Part shown: positions 10,791 through 21,769 of the stretch, piece after piece
Layout: each line of letters starts with the position of its first letter
Numbering within the stretch: the stretch's first letter is position 1
Source: an uncultured Thermus sp.
GTDB lineage: Bacteria; Deinococcota; Deinococci; Deinococcales; Thermaceae
Length of the DNA stretch: 33,102 bases
NCBI GenBank assembly: GCA_947085095.1
Contig: CAMTVD010000015.1
Span: forward strand, 1-33,102
Reading direction: 5' to 3'
Translations under genes and position numbers: made by a program
Notes under the pieces: generated by a model
What the model saw: only the letters and a program-made list of their open reading frames with translations
The model's database searches: none
Told to the model about the DNA's origin: nothing

Positions 10791-11696
10791 ATGGAAGAGA
10801 AGACTTATTCCGGTTTCGTGGCCATCGTGGGCAAGCCCAACGTGGGCAAGTCCACCCTCCTCAACAACCTCCTGGGCATCAAGGTAGCCCCCATAAGCCC
10901 CCGCCCCCAGACCACCCGGAAGCGCCTCAGGGGCATCCTCACCGAGGGAAGCCGGCAGATCGTCTTCGTGGACACCCCGGGCCTCCACAAGCCCATGGAC
11001 GCCCTGGGGGAGTTCATGGACCAGGAGGTCTACGAGGCCCTTTCCGACGTGAACGCCGTGGTCTGGGTGGTGGACCTCCGCCACCCCCCCACCCCGGAGG
11101 ACGAGCTGGTGGCCAAGGCCCTGAAGCCCTTGGTGGGCAAGGTGCCCATCCTCCTCGTGGGCAACAAGCTGGACGAGGCCAAGTACCCGGAGGAAGCCCT
11201 AAAGGCCTACCACGCCCTCCTGCCCGAGGCCCTGCCCCGCATGCTCTCCGCCTTAGACGAGAAGCAGGTGGCCGGGCTCAAGGCGGAGCTTTTAGCCCTC
11301 CTGCCCGAGGGCCCCTTCTTCTACCCCGAGGACCACGCCAAGAGCGACCAGACCTTCGGGGAGTGGGTGGCGGAGATCGTGCGCGAGGAGGCCATGAAGC
11401 GCCTCTGGCACGAGGTCCCCTACGCCATCGCCACCAAGGTGGAGGAGGTGGCGGAAAGGGAAAACGGCATCCTCTACATCAAGGTGATCCTCTACGTGGA
11501 GCGCCCCTCGCAGAAGGGCATCGTCATCGGCGAGGGCGGGAAAAAGCTGAAGGAGATCGGCCAGGCGGCCAGGAAGCAGCTGGAGGTCTTCCTGAACCGC
11601 AAGGTCTACCTGGACCTGGTGGTCAAGGTCTACCCCGACTGGCGCAAAGACCCCGAGGCCCTACGGGAACTGGGCTACCGCCCCTCGGTAGGGTGA
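10791..11696 (+). CDS. era: GTPase Era
   Basis: [19 protein letters not shown] and NKLD motifs, plus a KH domain (GIVIGEGG). Confidence 0.97.
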   Translation: MEEKTYSGFVAIVGKPNVGKSTLLNNLLGIKVAPISPRPQTTRKRLRGILTEGSRQIVFVDTPGLHKPMDALGEFMDQEVYEALSDVNAVVWVVDLRHPPTPEDELVAKALKPLVGKVPILLVGNKLDEAKYPEEALKAYHALLPEALPRMLSALDEKQVAGLKAELLALLPEGPFFYPEDHAKSDQTFGEWVAEIVREEAMKRLWHEVPYAIATKVEEVAERENGILYIKVILYVERPSQKGIVIGEGGKKLKEIGQAARKQLEVFLNRKVYLDLVVKVYPDWRKDPEALRELGYRPSVG

Positions 11697-11741
11697 GCCC
11701 GGTCTTCCCGCGAAAGGCCCTTTCCCCTTTACCATAGGTCT

Positions 11742-12623
11742 ATGCCCTGGCTCTTGCCCAAAGCCATCGCCCCCCTCCACCAAAAGGCCCTGGAGCGGTT
11801 TATCGGGAGCCTGGTGGAGCGGCTTTCCGACCCAAAGGTGGACCGGAACGCCCTGGTGCGGGAGGAGCTTGCCCGCCTCCTCTACAGCAGGCCCTACGAG
11901 GAACTCCTGGAGGCAAACCCCCTGGCGGCCATGGCCCTGGACCCCGAGGGCATCACCTTTGAGGCGGAGCACTACGCCGCCACGGACCCGGAAAAGTTCA
12001 AGAAGGTGAAGCCCCTCCTCTGGTTCTGGAAGGTCCTGGACCTCACCCCCATCGGCCAGTCCGTCCATTCTGGGGTGGCCATAAGGCGGGCCCTCGCCCC
12101 CTTCATCTTCAAGCGGGTGGGGAAGAACCCCAAGTTCTTCCAGAACGTGGAGTTCTCCGTGGGCTACAACCTGGAGCTGGGGGACGAGGTGGTGGTCCAC
12201 CGCCACGTTCTCCTGGACGACATCGGGGGCATCAAGATCGGGGATAGGACCTCCCTCTCCGACTATGTGAACGTCTACAGCCACAGCCACCACGTCCTGG
12301 CCACCCCGGACGTGACCCTGAAGGAGACCATCATCGGCAGCGGGGTGCGCATCACCTACCACGCCACCATCCTGGCGGGGGTGCGCATCGGGGACGACGC
12401 CATGGTGGGCACCGGGGCCATCGTCACCAAGGACATTCCCCCCCACGCCATCGCCCTGGGCATCCCCGCCAAGCCCGTGCGCTACAAGGTGCGCCACGAC
12501 TGCCCCTACTGCCGCAAGGGGGAGCCCCACCCCTCGGACCTCATCCCCAAAGAGCCCGACCGCAAGGGCAACCCCGACTACCCCGACTTCCTCCCCCCTG
12601 GCTTCGGCACCCGGGAGGCCTGA
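11742..12623 (+). CDS. Hexapeptide-repeat acyltransferase
   Basis: LbH repeats (IGSGVRI...ILAGVRIGDDAMVGTGAIVTKDIP...GIPAK) and a C-terminal CPYC. Confidence 0.85.
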   Translation: MPWLLPKAIAPLHQKALERFIGSLVERLSDPKVDRNALVREELARLLYSRPYEELLEANPLAAMALDPEGITFEAEHYAATDPEKFKKVKPLLWFWKVLDLTPIGQSVHSGVAIRRALAPFIFKRVGKNPKFFQNVEFSVGYNLELGDEVVVHRHVLLDDIGGIKIGDRTSLSDYVNVYSHSHHVLATPDVTLKETIIGSGVRITYHATILAGVRIGDDAMVGTGAIVTKDIPPHAIALGIPAKPVRYKVRHDCPYCRKGEPHPSDLIPKEPDRKGNPDYPDFLPPGFGTREA

Positions 12624-13433
12624 ATGTGGACCAAGGAGGAGCTGGACCGGTACCACCGGCAGATGATCTTGCCCGGGGTGGGCCCTGAGGGGCAGGAGAG
12701 GCTGAAGCGGGCCTCGGTGGTGGTGGTGGGGGCGGGGGGGCTGGGGGTGCCCGTCCTCCAGTACCTGGTGGCGGCGGGGGTGGGCCGGGTAGGGATCGTG
12801 GAGATGGACCGGGTGGAGCTTTCCAACCTCCACCGCCAGGTCCTCTACGCCACGGAGGAGGTGGGAAAGCCCAAGGCCCTGGTGGCCCAGGAGAGGCTTT
12901 CCGCCCTCAACCCGTGGGTGCGGCTGGAGGCCTATCCGGTGCGCCTCACCTCGGAAAACGCCCTGGAGATCCTGAAGGGCTACGACCTGGTGGTGGACGC
13001 CTCCGACAACTTCCCCACCCGCTACCTGGTCAACGACGCCTGCGTCCTTCTGAATAAGCCTCTCATCTTCGGGGCCATCTACCAGTTTGACGGCCAGGTG
13101 GCCGTCCTCCACCACCCCACGGACGAAGGGGAGATGGGCCCCTGCTACCGCTGCCTCTTCCCCAAACCCCCCGCCCCAGGTAGCGTCCCCTCCTGCGCCG
13201 AGGCCGGGGTCTTCGGGGTCCTGCCGGGTGTGGTGGGGGCCTTGATGGCCACCGAGGCCCTGAAGGTCCTGTTGGGCCTAGGGAAGCCGCTGGCCGGACA
13301 TCTCCTCCTTTATGACGCCCTCGAGGCGGGCTTCCGCAGGCTCAAGGTGCGCCGCAACCCCGCCTGCCCCGTTTGCGGGGACAGCCCCACGCAACGGGAG
13401 CTCATAGACTACGAGGCCTTCTGCGGCCTGTAG
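12624..13433 (+). CDS. moeB: ThiF/MoeB E1-like adenylyltransferase (TtuC-like)
   Basis: GAGGLG, SNLHRQ, DASDNFPTRY, CYRC and CPVC motifs. Confidence 0.9.
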   Translation: MWTKEELDRYHRQMILPGVGPEGQERLKRASVVVVGAGGLGVPVLQYLVAAGVGRVGIVEMDRVELSNLHRQVLYATEEVGKPKALVAQERLSALNPWVRLEAYPVRLTSENALEILKGYDLVVDASDNFPTRYLVNDACVLLNKPLIFGAIYQFDGQVAVLHHPTDEGEMGPCYRCLFPKPPAPGSVPSCAEAGVFGVLPGVVGALMATEALKVLLGLGKPLAGHLLLYDALEAGFRRLKVRRNPACPVCGDSPTQRELIDYEAFCGL

Positions 13434-13437
13434 ATGG

Positions 13438-13463
13438 AAAAAACCCAGGGGTTTCCCCCTGGG
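13438..13463 (-). terminator. Intrinsic terminator downstream of citrate synthase
   Basis: CCCAGGGG-TTTC-CCCCTGGG stem-loop with a T6 tract on the minus strand, located between convergent genes. Confidence 0.7.
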
Positions 13464-13482
13464 ACTTGGCATGGGGAAGCGC

Positions 13483-15833
<2,351 letters not shown>

Positions 15834-15854
15834 ACCCCGTGCTAACCTGGAACC

Positions 15855-16790
15855 ATGAACCGAAAGCGCTGGCTGGCACTCCTCCTCTTCCTTCTGGTCG
15901 TGGCCCTGGTGGTGGTGGGCCTGGGCCGCCTGACCGCTCCCGAGAGGGCCCAAGGGCGCTGGCAGGAAGCCACCCTCCTCGGCCAAGGGGAAAAAGTCCT
16001 CCTCCTGGAGCTTGTGGGGTCCATCCCCACGGACAAGGCCCTGGAGGACTTCCTCTCCCAGGTGCGCCAGGCCAAGGAGGACGAAGGGATCAAGGCCGTG
16101 GTCCTCCATGTAAATAGCCCCGGGGGCGGGGTTACGGAAACCGAGGCCATCCACCGCGCCCTAAAGGAGCTGGCCCGGGAAAAGCCCCTGGTGGCCAGTC
16201 TGGGCACGGTGGCCGCCAGCGGGGGCTACTATGCGGCCACGGCCGCCCAGGAGATCCTCACCGCCCCCACCACCGTAACCGGTTCCATCGGAGTGATCTC
16301 CGTCTTGCCCCAAGTGCAGGGCCTCCTGAACAAACTGGGGATTGAAATAGAGATCCTGAAGGAGGGCAAGCTCAAGGACATGGCCTCTGGCCTCAAACCC
16401 CTCACCCCGGAAGAGAAGGCCATTATCCAAACCTACATGCGCGAGGCCTACGAGCTTTTCGCAAAGCGGGTGGCCGAGGGTAGGAAGATGCCCCTGGAAA
16501 AGGTCTACCGCCTGGCGGACGGCCGGATCTACTCGGGGAAGCAGGCCCTGGCCCTGGGCCTGGCCGACCGGGAGGGCTACCGGGATGACGCCGCCCAAAG
16601 GGCCGCGGAGCTGGCAGGGCTAGAGGAGTTCCGCCTGGTGCGCTACCAAAAACCCAAAGGCCTCCTGGCGGAGCTCTTAGGGGGCGAGCCCCCCCTTGGC
16701 TTCGTCTCGGAGACCCAAGCCCTTTGGCAAGCCCTCGCCCAGACCCGCTTCCGCCTGGAGTACCGCTACCTGGGAGGTGGCCTGTGGTGA
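15855..16790 (+). CDS. sppA: Signal peptide peptidase SppA (S49)
   Basis: N-terminal TM helix, VNSPGG, AASGGYY, TGSIGV and ADGRIYSG motifs. Confidence 0.94.
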   Translation: MNRKRWLALLLFLLVVALVVVGLGRLTAPERAQGRWQEATLLGQGEKVLLLELVGSIPTDKALEDFLSQVRQAKEDEGIKAVVLHVNSPGGGVTETEAIHRALKELAREKPLVASLGTVAASGGYYAATAAQEILTAPTTVTGSIGVISVLPQVQGLLNKLGIEIEILKEGKLKDMASGLKPLTPEEKAIIQTYMREAYELFAKRVAEGRKMPLEKVYRLADGRIYSGKQALALGLADREGYRDDAAQRAAELAGLEEFRLVRYQKPKGLLAELLGGEPPLGFVSETQALWQALAQTRFRLEYRYLGGGLW

Positions 16791-17200
16791 TCGCTAGCCC
16801 CTGGCGCCGGCTGGTGGCCTCCCTGGTGGACGGCCTGATCCTGGTTCCCCTAACCCTCCTCCTCATGGCCCTGGCGGGGGTGGACTGGATGAACACCACC
16901 TTCCTGCAGGACCTCCTCTTCAACTGGCTTCCCAGCTGGGCCTACTACGTGGCCTTCACCGCCCTCTACGGGGCCACCCCTGGGAAGATGCTCCTGGGCA
17001 TCCGGGTGGTCAAGGCTGATGGCCGCCCAGTGGACTGGCTCACCGCCTTCATGCGGGAGGTGGTGGGCAAAACCCTATCCACCCTGGCCCTGGGCGTGGG
17101 CTACCTCTGGGCTTTCTTCCATCCCAAACGCCAGACCTGGCACGACCTTATCGCCGACACCCTGGTAGTGCACCGGGAACGGGAAAGCCAGCAGGCCTAA
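16784..17200 (+). CDS. RDD family membrane protein
   Basis: ASPWRRLVASLVD, GATPGKMLLGIRVV and QTWHDLIADTLVV motifs. Confidence 0.92.
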   Translation: MVIASPWRRLVASLVDGLILVPLTLLLMALAGVDWMNTTFLQDLLFNWLPSWAYYVAFTALYGATPGKMLLGIRVVKADGRPVDWLTAFMREVVGKTLSTLALGVGYLWAFFHPKRQTWHDLIADTLVVHRERESQQA

Positions 17201-17209
17201 GAGAGGCAA

Positions 17210-17230
17210 CCCCGGGCCTGGAGCCCGGGG
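17210..17230. terminator. Stem-loop between the RDD gene and the tRNA fragment
   Basis: CCCCGGGC-CTGGA-GCCCGGGG hairpin without a strong U tract. Confidence 0.45.
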
Positions 17231-17235
17231 TCCCT

Positions 17236-17280
17236 TGGTGGGCGATGGTGGACTTGAACCACCGACCTCACGCTTATCAG
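17236..17280 (-). repeat. att core: 3' half of tRNA-Ile(GAT)
   Basis: Minus strand CTGATAAGCGTGAGGTCGGTGGTTCAAGTCCACCATCGCCCACCA runs from the anticodon loop to CCA. The 5' half is absent, and the fragment sits next to the integrase 3' end. Confidence 0.9.
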
Positions 17281-17301
17281 CACGCAAAGGGGGAAGGGGG
17301 C

Positions 17302-18486
17302 TCAGGTCCGTTTGCGTATGGGAGGGCGTTTTGTGCTCCTGGCCCTCTCGGTAGATGCCGGGTTTTGCGGGGTATTTAGGTGTAGCAAGGTGTCAAGCGG
17401 TACCGCTCCGGCCCGGTGGTCCTCCTCCATGAGCTGCTGGTAGACCTTGACGGTGAAGGTGGGGTCCGCGTGGCGGAGGCGGGCCGCCACCACCTTGGGG
17501 GGGAGGCCCGCCCGGAGGGCCAGGGAGGTGTAGGTGTGCCGGAGGCCGTGGGGGGTGATGCGGGAGACCCCGGCCTTTTCCTGCAGGGCGTAGAAGGCCC
17601 GCTTGAAGTTGCCGTACTCCAGGGGTGTGCCCCGGGTGGAGGGGAAGATGAGGCCGTGCTCCACCCAGGCGGGGGAGGCCTCCTTCTCCCTTTCCAGGCG
17701 CTCCCGCCACTCCCGAAGCAGGTCCTGGGTGGCGGGGTCCAGGTACAGGGTCCCATTGGACCCCGGGGTCTTGGTGGGGCCCAGGGTGCCGTCCCGGAGG
17801 AGGGTGTGGCGCACGTGCAGAGTCTCCCCGTCCCAGTCCTCCCACCGGAGGGCCAGGGCCTCCCCGGGCCTGAGGCCGGTGGCCAGCATGAGGGCAAAGA
17901 GGGGGTAGAGGCGGTGCGGCCTGGCCGCTTCCAGGAACCTGGCCACCTCGTCCGGCCGCCATGCCCGGGCAGGGCGGACAACCCCGCTCCTGGGCGGGTC
18001 TACCGCCTCCATGGGGTTCTGGTCCAGGAGGCCGGCCCGCACGGCGTCCCGGAGGGCGGCCCGGAGGAACTGGTAGATGTGCCGGCGCACCGAGGGGGAG
18101 AGGTGGCCCAGGTCCGCCATGAGGCCCCGGAGGTGGAGGGGATTGAGGCGCTTCAGGGGCAGGTGGGCCAGGGGCTCCATGTGCGTGAGGTACACCCGGT
18201 AGTTGCGCACGGTGGTGGGGCGGAGGTTCTTGGTGGCGGCCCTTTGCTCTACCCAGGTGTGGAGGTAGTCCCCGAGGCGGATAGCCCCCGGGTCCGCCAC
18301 CCAGGAGGCTCCGGCCTTGGGCAGGAGGCGGGCCAGCTTCTCCGCCACCTCCCGGCGGGTCTTGCCGTAGACCCAGGCCTTCTTCTGCTTGCCGTCCGGG
18401 GTGTAGCCCAGGGTGACGAAGCCCGCCCAGCGCCCGTCCTTGCGCTGGAAGATGGACCCCTCTCCCCTACCCCGGCGGCGGCCCAT
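17302..18486 (-). CDS. Tyrosine integrase
   Basis: N-terminal RGRGEGSIFQRKDGRW arm-binding domain, TGLRPGEALAL (R), HGLRHT (HxxR), RLRHAD (H) and VY (Y). Confidence 0.96.
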   Translation of the reverse strand: MGRRRGRGEGSIFQRKDGRWAGFVTLGYTPDGKQKKAWVYGKTRREVAEKLARLLPKAGASWVADPGAIRLGDYLHTWVEQRAATKNLRPTTVRNYRVYLTHMEPLAHLPLKRLNPLHLRGLMADLGHLSPSVRRHIYQFLRAALRDAVRAGLLDQNPMEAVDPPRSGVVRPARAWRPDEVARFLEAARPHRLYPLFALMLATGLRPGEALALRWEDWDGETLHVRHTLLRDGTLGPTKTPGSNGTLYLDPATQDLLREWRERLEREKEASPAWVEHGLIFPSTRGTPLEYGNFKRAFYALQEKAGVSRITPHGLRHTYTSLALRAGLPPKVVAARLRHADPTFTVKVYQQLMEEDHRAGAVPLDTLLHLNTPQNPASTERARSTKRPPIRKRT

Positions 18487-18835
18487 AAGGGATTTCGGCT
18501 CTCAGCTCTGTTAACAGCCTCTTGGCGGTATCTACGTCCGTGCGCCACGAGCTGGGGGTCAGGCAATCGTAGCGGGCTTTCCGGCTCATCCTGTAGAACT
18601 TCCGGTATTTGCCTATGGTGGCGCTTGGTAGCTGGGTGTGGTCGTTAAGTATCTGAAAGACCTGGCCATGGTCCTCTATCTCCGTGTGCCCCAGGGAGCT
18701 TAGGTAGGCCCTGACGTGATGCAAGGCCGCGTAGAAGAGCACCGTTATTGCCCAGTCCGGCGCTTCCTCTTCCACAAGAGGGGCCACGCTCTCATTGTGC
18801 CAGGCCTGCCTAAGGTGATCTTCAGGGCTAGGCAT
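18467..18835 (-). CDS. HEPN-domain protein
   Basis: HLRQAWHN, DWAITVLFYAALH, H(GQ) and SRKARY pattern typical of small helical HEPN proteins. Confidence 0.7.
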   Translation of the reverse strand: MPSPEDHLRQAWHNESVAPLVEEEAPDWAITVLFYAALHHVRAYLSSLGHTEIEDHGQVFQILNDHTQLPSATIGKYRKFYRMSRKARYDCLTPSSWRTDVDTAKRLLTELRAEIPYGPPPG

Positions 18836-19196
18836 CTTCCCGCTCTACGTCAACGAGGATCACGACCCCTCGCCCACGCCCCAGGGATATCACCCGCTCC
18901 CAGACCTTTTCCTCTACTCGCTCGGGTTCCTTAGCGTAGGCCGTGAAGACGAAGACGCCCTCCTCCTTCTCGGGCCCCTCAAAGCGGGTGATGAGGCCTT
19001 CCTGCACCAGGCCTTGCAAAGTAGCCCGTGCGGAATCCAAGACCTCATTGACCACACTTTCCTGGGCCACCATAGGACCTGATTCTACCCGCCCGGGACC
19101 CCCTTTTGGTGAAACGGCAGTCCTGAGATCTTCCCATCGCGTTACGCAATATTCAATCTTTATGCCGTTCGGATGGAAGCTGGACGCCGGCTCCAT
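18828..19196 (-). CDS. Hypothetical protein, possible degenerate MNT-like HEPN partner
   Basis: Strong GGAGG RBS and overlap with the HEPN start. The C-terminal helix-strand-strand-helix-strand pattern (VILVDV) resembles minimal nucleotidyltransferases, but no GS/DxD motif is present. Confidence 0.55.
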   Translation of the reverse strand: MEPASSFHPNGIKIEYCVTRWEDLRTAVSPKGGPGRVESGPMVAQESVVNEVLDSARATLQGLVQEGLITRFEGPEKEEGVFVFTAYAKEPERVEEKVWERVISLGRGRGVVILVDVEREDA

Positions 19197-19197
19197 G

Positions 19198-19500
19198 CTA
19201 CACCTCCTCTCCTAAGGCCTTCAGGAAGTCCTTGAGGTGCTCGTACAGGAAGCGGGCGTGATTGGGTTCTAGAGCGAAGGAAGCGATGAGGGTGCTGTAG
19301 GTGCGGCTTTCCTTGGGAGTTATGGCAATGGAGCTACCAGCGAAGAAGGAGAGGAAGACCATCGGATGGTCAAGCTTCTTGCCCACGGAAACAGCGCTGA
19401 CGTAAACGGGAGCTGCCTTGAAGGGGTCTATGGACATCTCTATCTGAAGCTCATGTTGGCCTGCCTGGGCGCCCTCGAGGGCCTTCTCTTCCTCTCGCAT
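19198..19500 (-). CDS. Small acidic hypothetical protein (DUF3467-like pattern)
   Basis: GGAGG RBS. PVYVSAVSV...VFLSF...IASFALEPNHARFLYEHL pattern. Confidence 0.6.
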   Translation of the reverse strand: MREEEKALEGAQAGQHELQIEMSIDPFKAAPVYVSAVSVGKKLDHPMVFLSFFAGSSIAITPKESRTYSTLIASFALEPNHARFLYEHLKDFLKALGEEV

Positions 19501-19510
19501 GCGGACCTCC

Positions 19511-20485
19511 TTAGTTCCAGTTCGCGTACCAAACCTTCAGCACGTTCTTTTCGTCGTACCTGAGCAGGTACCAGGTTTCAAAAGGACGCTCCAGGACAAC
19601 CCGGGGTGGTCTGCCCAGACACACAAGGGTTTGCTTCCAGTGCTTAGCCACCCTTACCTCAGCGTTTATGTCATCGTAGTTTACGCTCAAAATCCTCATG
19701 GGCTTCACTTCCTCTGTTTTGAGAACGCAACCTCTCCTCTTTCGCTCTTCTACAAAGGGCTTGATCTGGCGATCCACAAACTCAGCAAAGGCCCATTCGT
19801 AAAGGGGTTCAAGGACATTGGTGCTTAGGGCGTTGCGATAGGCAGAGTCGTAACCTTTGACCACCGCCTGAGGCGTAAACCTGGGTGGGCTTTTACTTCC
19901 TAAGGAGCTTTGGATGGCTATGGCTAGGAGCGCCAGCGCCGCAAAAGCCACTAACCCGGCGTAGAAAGCTTTCCTCTCCACATTGATGAGGGGACGGGGT
20001 AAGGAAAACCTGGGGGTTCTGCGTTGGGTTTTAGGAGGGGGTGGAGGGGCTTCCCAGATACCCAGTTGCTTCAAAGCCTCCTCTGAGAAGGCGGCCTTGT
20101 AAAGGAGACGAAGTTCTTCAGAACCCCAAGCAAGCACACCGAGAAGCTTTGCGTCCCGCAAGGCAGGCTCAGTAAAGCCAGACGGACAAATCACGATGGC
20201 TTTGGTGGCAAAGTGGATGTCTTTTGCGGCGTGCGTAAGCCTAACTACGCTAGCATCCGCTGGAGAAGCAAGGTTTTTGCATTGGATAAGGTAGCGTGTA
20301 CCAAAGGGGCTAATGGCTTCCACGTCAAGGCCTTGGTCCGGTGTGTTGGTTTTGGAAGGGCGCTTAGCTTTCCAACCGGGCAAACGGGCAAAAAGAGCCT
20401 CAACAATGCGTTCAAAAAGGTCCCCTTTATCAGCCTGAAGCAGTTCGGCCGGATCCTCAAAGAGTTTTACAAGAGGATCCGACAC
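19511..20485 (-). CDS. Mrr-family restriction endonuclease domain + TM helix + C-terminal alpha/beta domain
   Basis: FERIVEALF, DQGLDV, IQCKN and SGFTEPA (Mrr_cat D..QxK). Followed by a Pro-rich linker, the hydrophobic span AFYAGLVAFAALALLAIAI and a ~125-aa C-terminal domain. Confidence 0.85.
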   Translation of the reverse strand: MSDPLVKLFEDPAELLQADKGDLFERIVEALFARLPGWKAKRPSKTNTPDQGLDVEAISPFGTRYLIQCKNLASPADASVVRLTHAAKDIHFATKAIVICPSGFTEPALRDAKLLGVLAWGSEELRLLYKAAFSEEALKQLGIWEAPPPPPKTQRRTPRFSLPRPLINVERKAFYAGLVAFAALALLAIAIQSSLGSKSPPRFTPQAVVKGYDSAYRNALSTNVLEPLYEWAFAEFVDRQIKPFVEERKRRGCVLKTEEVKPMRILSVNYDDINAEVRVAKHWKQTLVCLGRPPRVVLERPFETWYLLRYDEKNVLKVWYANWN

Positions 20486-21172
20486 CTACTTCACCTCCCG
20501 GATGCTGATCTTGCGGTACACCTGCCCCACCACCCGGACTTCATCGGGGGTGAGGATGGGGCCGGAGGGGTTATCGGAGGCCAGGACCCAGCCGCGCTTG
20601 ACCTTCCGGGCCCGCTTCACGGCCAGGCCGTCCCCCACAATCTCCACCAGGTAGACCTTGCCGTCCTGGAAGTCCATCAGGTTGGGGTCCACCAGAACGT
20701 AGTCCCCGTCCCGGATGCTGTCCTCCTCCCCGTTGTCCATGCTGTCCCCGTCCACCCGGAACACCAGGGTGCTCGGGCGCAGGATGTTTCGGGGAAGGGG
20801 GATGTGCTCCACCGTGGGCCAGGGAGGCCCGGCGGCGGCGCTTCCCAGGACGGGTAGGATGACGTACTCCTCCCCGGGCTTTTCCTGAGCGGGGCGAACG
20901 AAGGGCACCTCGAGGCCCGTGGCCTCAGCAAACTCCTCAGGGGTCCAGCGGAGAGCGTGAAGGTAAGCAGCTAAACGCTCCGTTGTCAGCCTGAGGGGAT
21001 GAAGTTGACCTAGCTCAAGTGCAGATATAGTCCTTTGGGCAAGCAACTCTTCGCCTATATCGTTGGCGGTCCTAGCCGCCAGCTCTTCTTGCGTTAGTCC
21101 AAGAGCCTCCCTACGCCTGCGCAGAGCTTCGGCCCAGACTGGGCGGCCTTGGAGCACCTTAGGCATAACCAT
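20486..21172 (-). CDS. CI-like repressor (XRE HTH + S24 peptidase)
   Basis: LRRRREALGLTQEELA HTH, AAG cleavage region, VDGDSM (catalytic Ser) and AVKR (catalytic Lys). Confidence 0.93.
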   Translation of the reverse strand: MVMPKVLQGRPVWAEALRRRREALGLTQEELAARTANDIGEELLAQRTISALELGQLHPLRLTTERLAAYLHALRWTPEEFAEATGLEVPFVRPAQEKPGEEYVILPVLGSAAAGPPWPTVEHIPLPRNILRPSTLVFRVDGDSMDNGEEDSIRDGDYVLVDPNLMDFQDGKVYLVEIVGDGLAVKRARKVKRGWVLASDNPSGPILTPDEVRVVGQVYRKISIREVK

Positions 21173-21181
21173 AGTGTTCCC

Positions 21182-21252
21182 TACAAGGGCAATGCTAGAC
21201 CAATCAAGCTATGCTAGCACTTATTGACTCTTTAGCTTTTGCCTGCTAAGGT
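21182..21252. promoter_or_regulatory. Lysis/lysogeny switch region: rightward promoter and repeated operators
   Basis: TTGACT(21224)-17 bp-TAAGGT(21247). Variants of TAGC-N8-GCTA occur at 21182, 21196, 21215 and 21233. Confidence 0.65.
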
Positions 21253-21262
21253 GGAGGAAGAC

Positions 21263-21457
21263 ATGGAGCGAATGCTGACCCTGAAGGAAGTGGCCCAGTT
21301 GCTGAAAGTGCACCCTCTGACCGTTTACGAATGGGTCAAAACCGGCAAGCTTCGGGCTTACAGGCTGGGAAGGGTTTACCGGGTTACTGAAAAGGACCTG
21401 GAGATTTTTTTGGCCTCGTCTAGCACTCAAGTGCTAAAGGAGGCCCCCCATGCCTGA
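21263..21457 (+). CDS. Excisionase/Cro-like HTH_17 protein
   Basis: MLTLKEVAQLLKVHPLTVYEWVKTGKLRAYRLGRVYRV with a GGAGG RBS, divergent from the repressor. Confidence 0.88.
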   Translation: MERMLTLKEVAQLLKVHPLTVYEWVKTGKLRAYRLGRVYRVTEKDLEIFLASSSTQVLKEAPHA

Positions 21458-21662
21458 GTGGGTGCTCATCCTAGCGGCCCACTTGGTGTTGCTACTCATC
21501 CTAGTGGTCTACCTGCTGGGGGTCCTTTCCATGTTGGCCACCCTCCTGGCCTACCTGCAGGCCCGGGGGCTCCGGCCCGGTCCCGTGGTGGCGGCGGCCA
21601 TCGGCTTCATCGCCGGGGTGGCGGTGATTCTTCTGGCCGTCCTGGCGGGAGGTGTGCGGTGA
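21450..21662 (+). CDS. Small two-TM membrane protein
   Basis: AAGGAGG RBS, two hydrophobic spans, overlapping neighbouring genes. Confidence 0.65.
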   Translation: MPEWVLILAAHLVLLLILVVYLLGVLSMLATLLAYLQARGLRPGPVVAAAIGFIAGVAVILLAVLAGGVR

Positions 21663-21766
21663 AGAAGAGCGGCTGGCTTTGGCGCTGGGGTTTGGACGCC
21701 ATCGGGGGCGTGCTGCTGGGGCTCATCCTCCTTTGGGCCCTGGCCAGCGCCCCCGTGGGGAGGTGA
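21659..21766 (+). CDS. 35-aa single-TM peptide
   Basis: GGAGG RBS and GTGA overlap. Reads MKKSGWLWRWGLDAIGGVLLGLILLWALASAPVGR. Confidence 0.55.
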   Translation: MKKSGWLWRWGLDAIGGVLLGLILLWALASAPVGR

Positions 21767-21769
21767 GGC

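Noticed and set aside
11661..13115. 484-aa minus-strand ORF
   Set aside because: Antisense shadow of the acyltransferase and moeB genes, with no motifs of its own.
15834..16154. N-terminal extension of the methyltransferase ORF
   Set aside because: Overlaps sppA on the opposite strand. Family similarity begins near 15833.
17236..17312. Complete tRNA-Ile gene
   Set aside because: Only the anticodon loop to CCA is present. The D-arm and 5' acceptor strand are replaced by viral sequence.
17416..18648. 410-aa plus-strand ORF
   Set aside because: Antisense shadow of the integrase.
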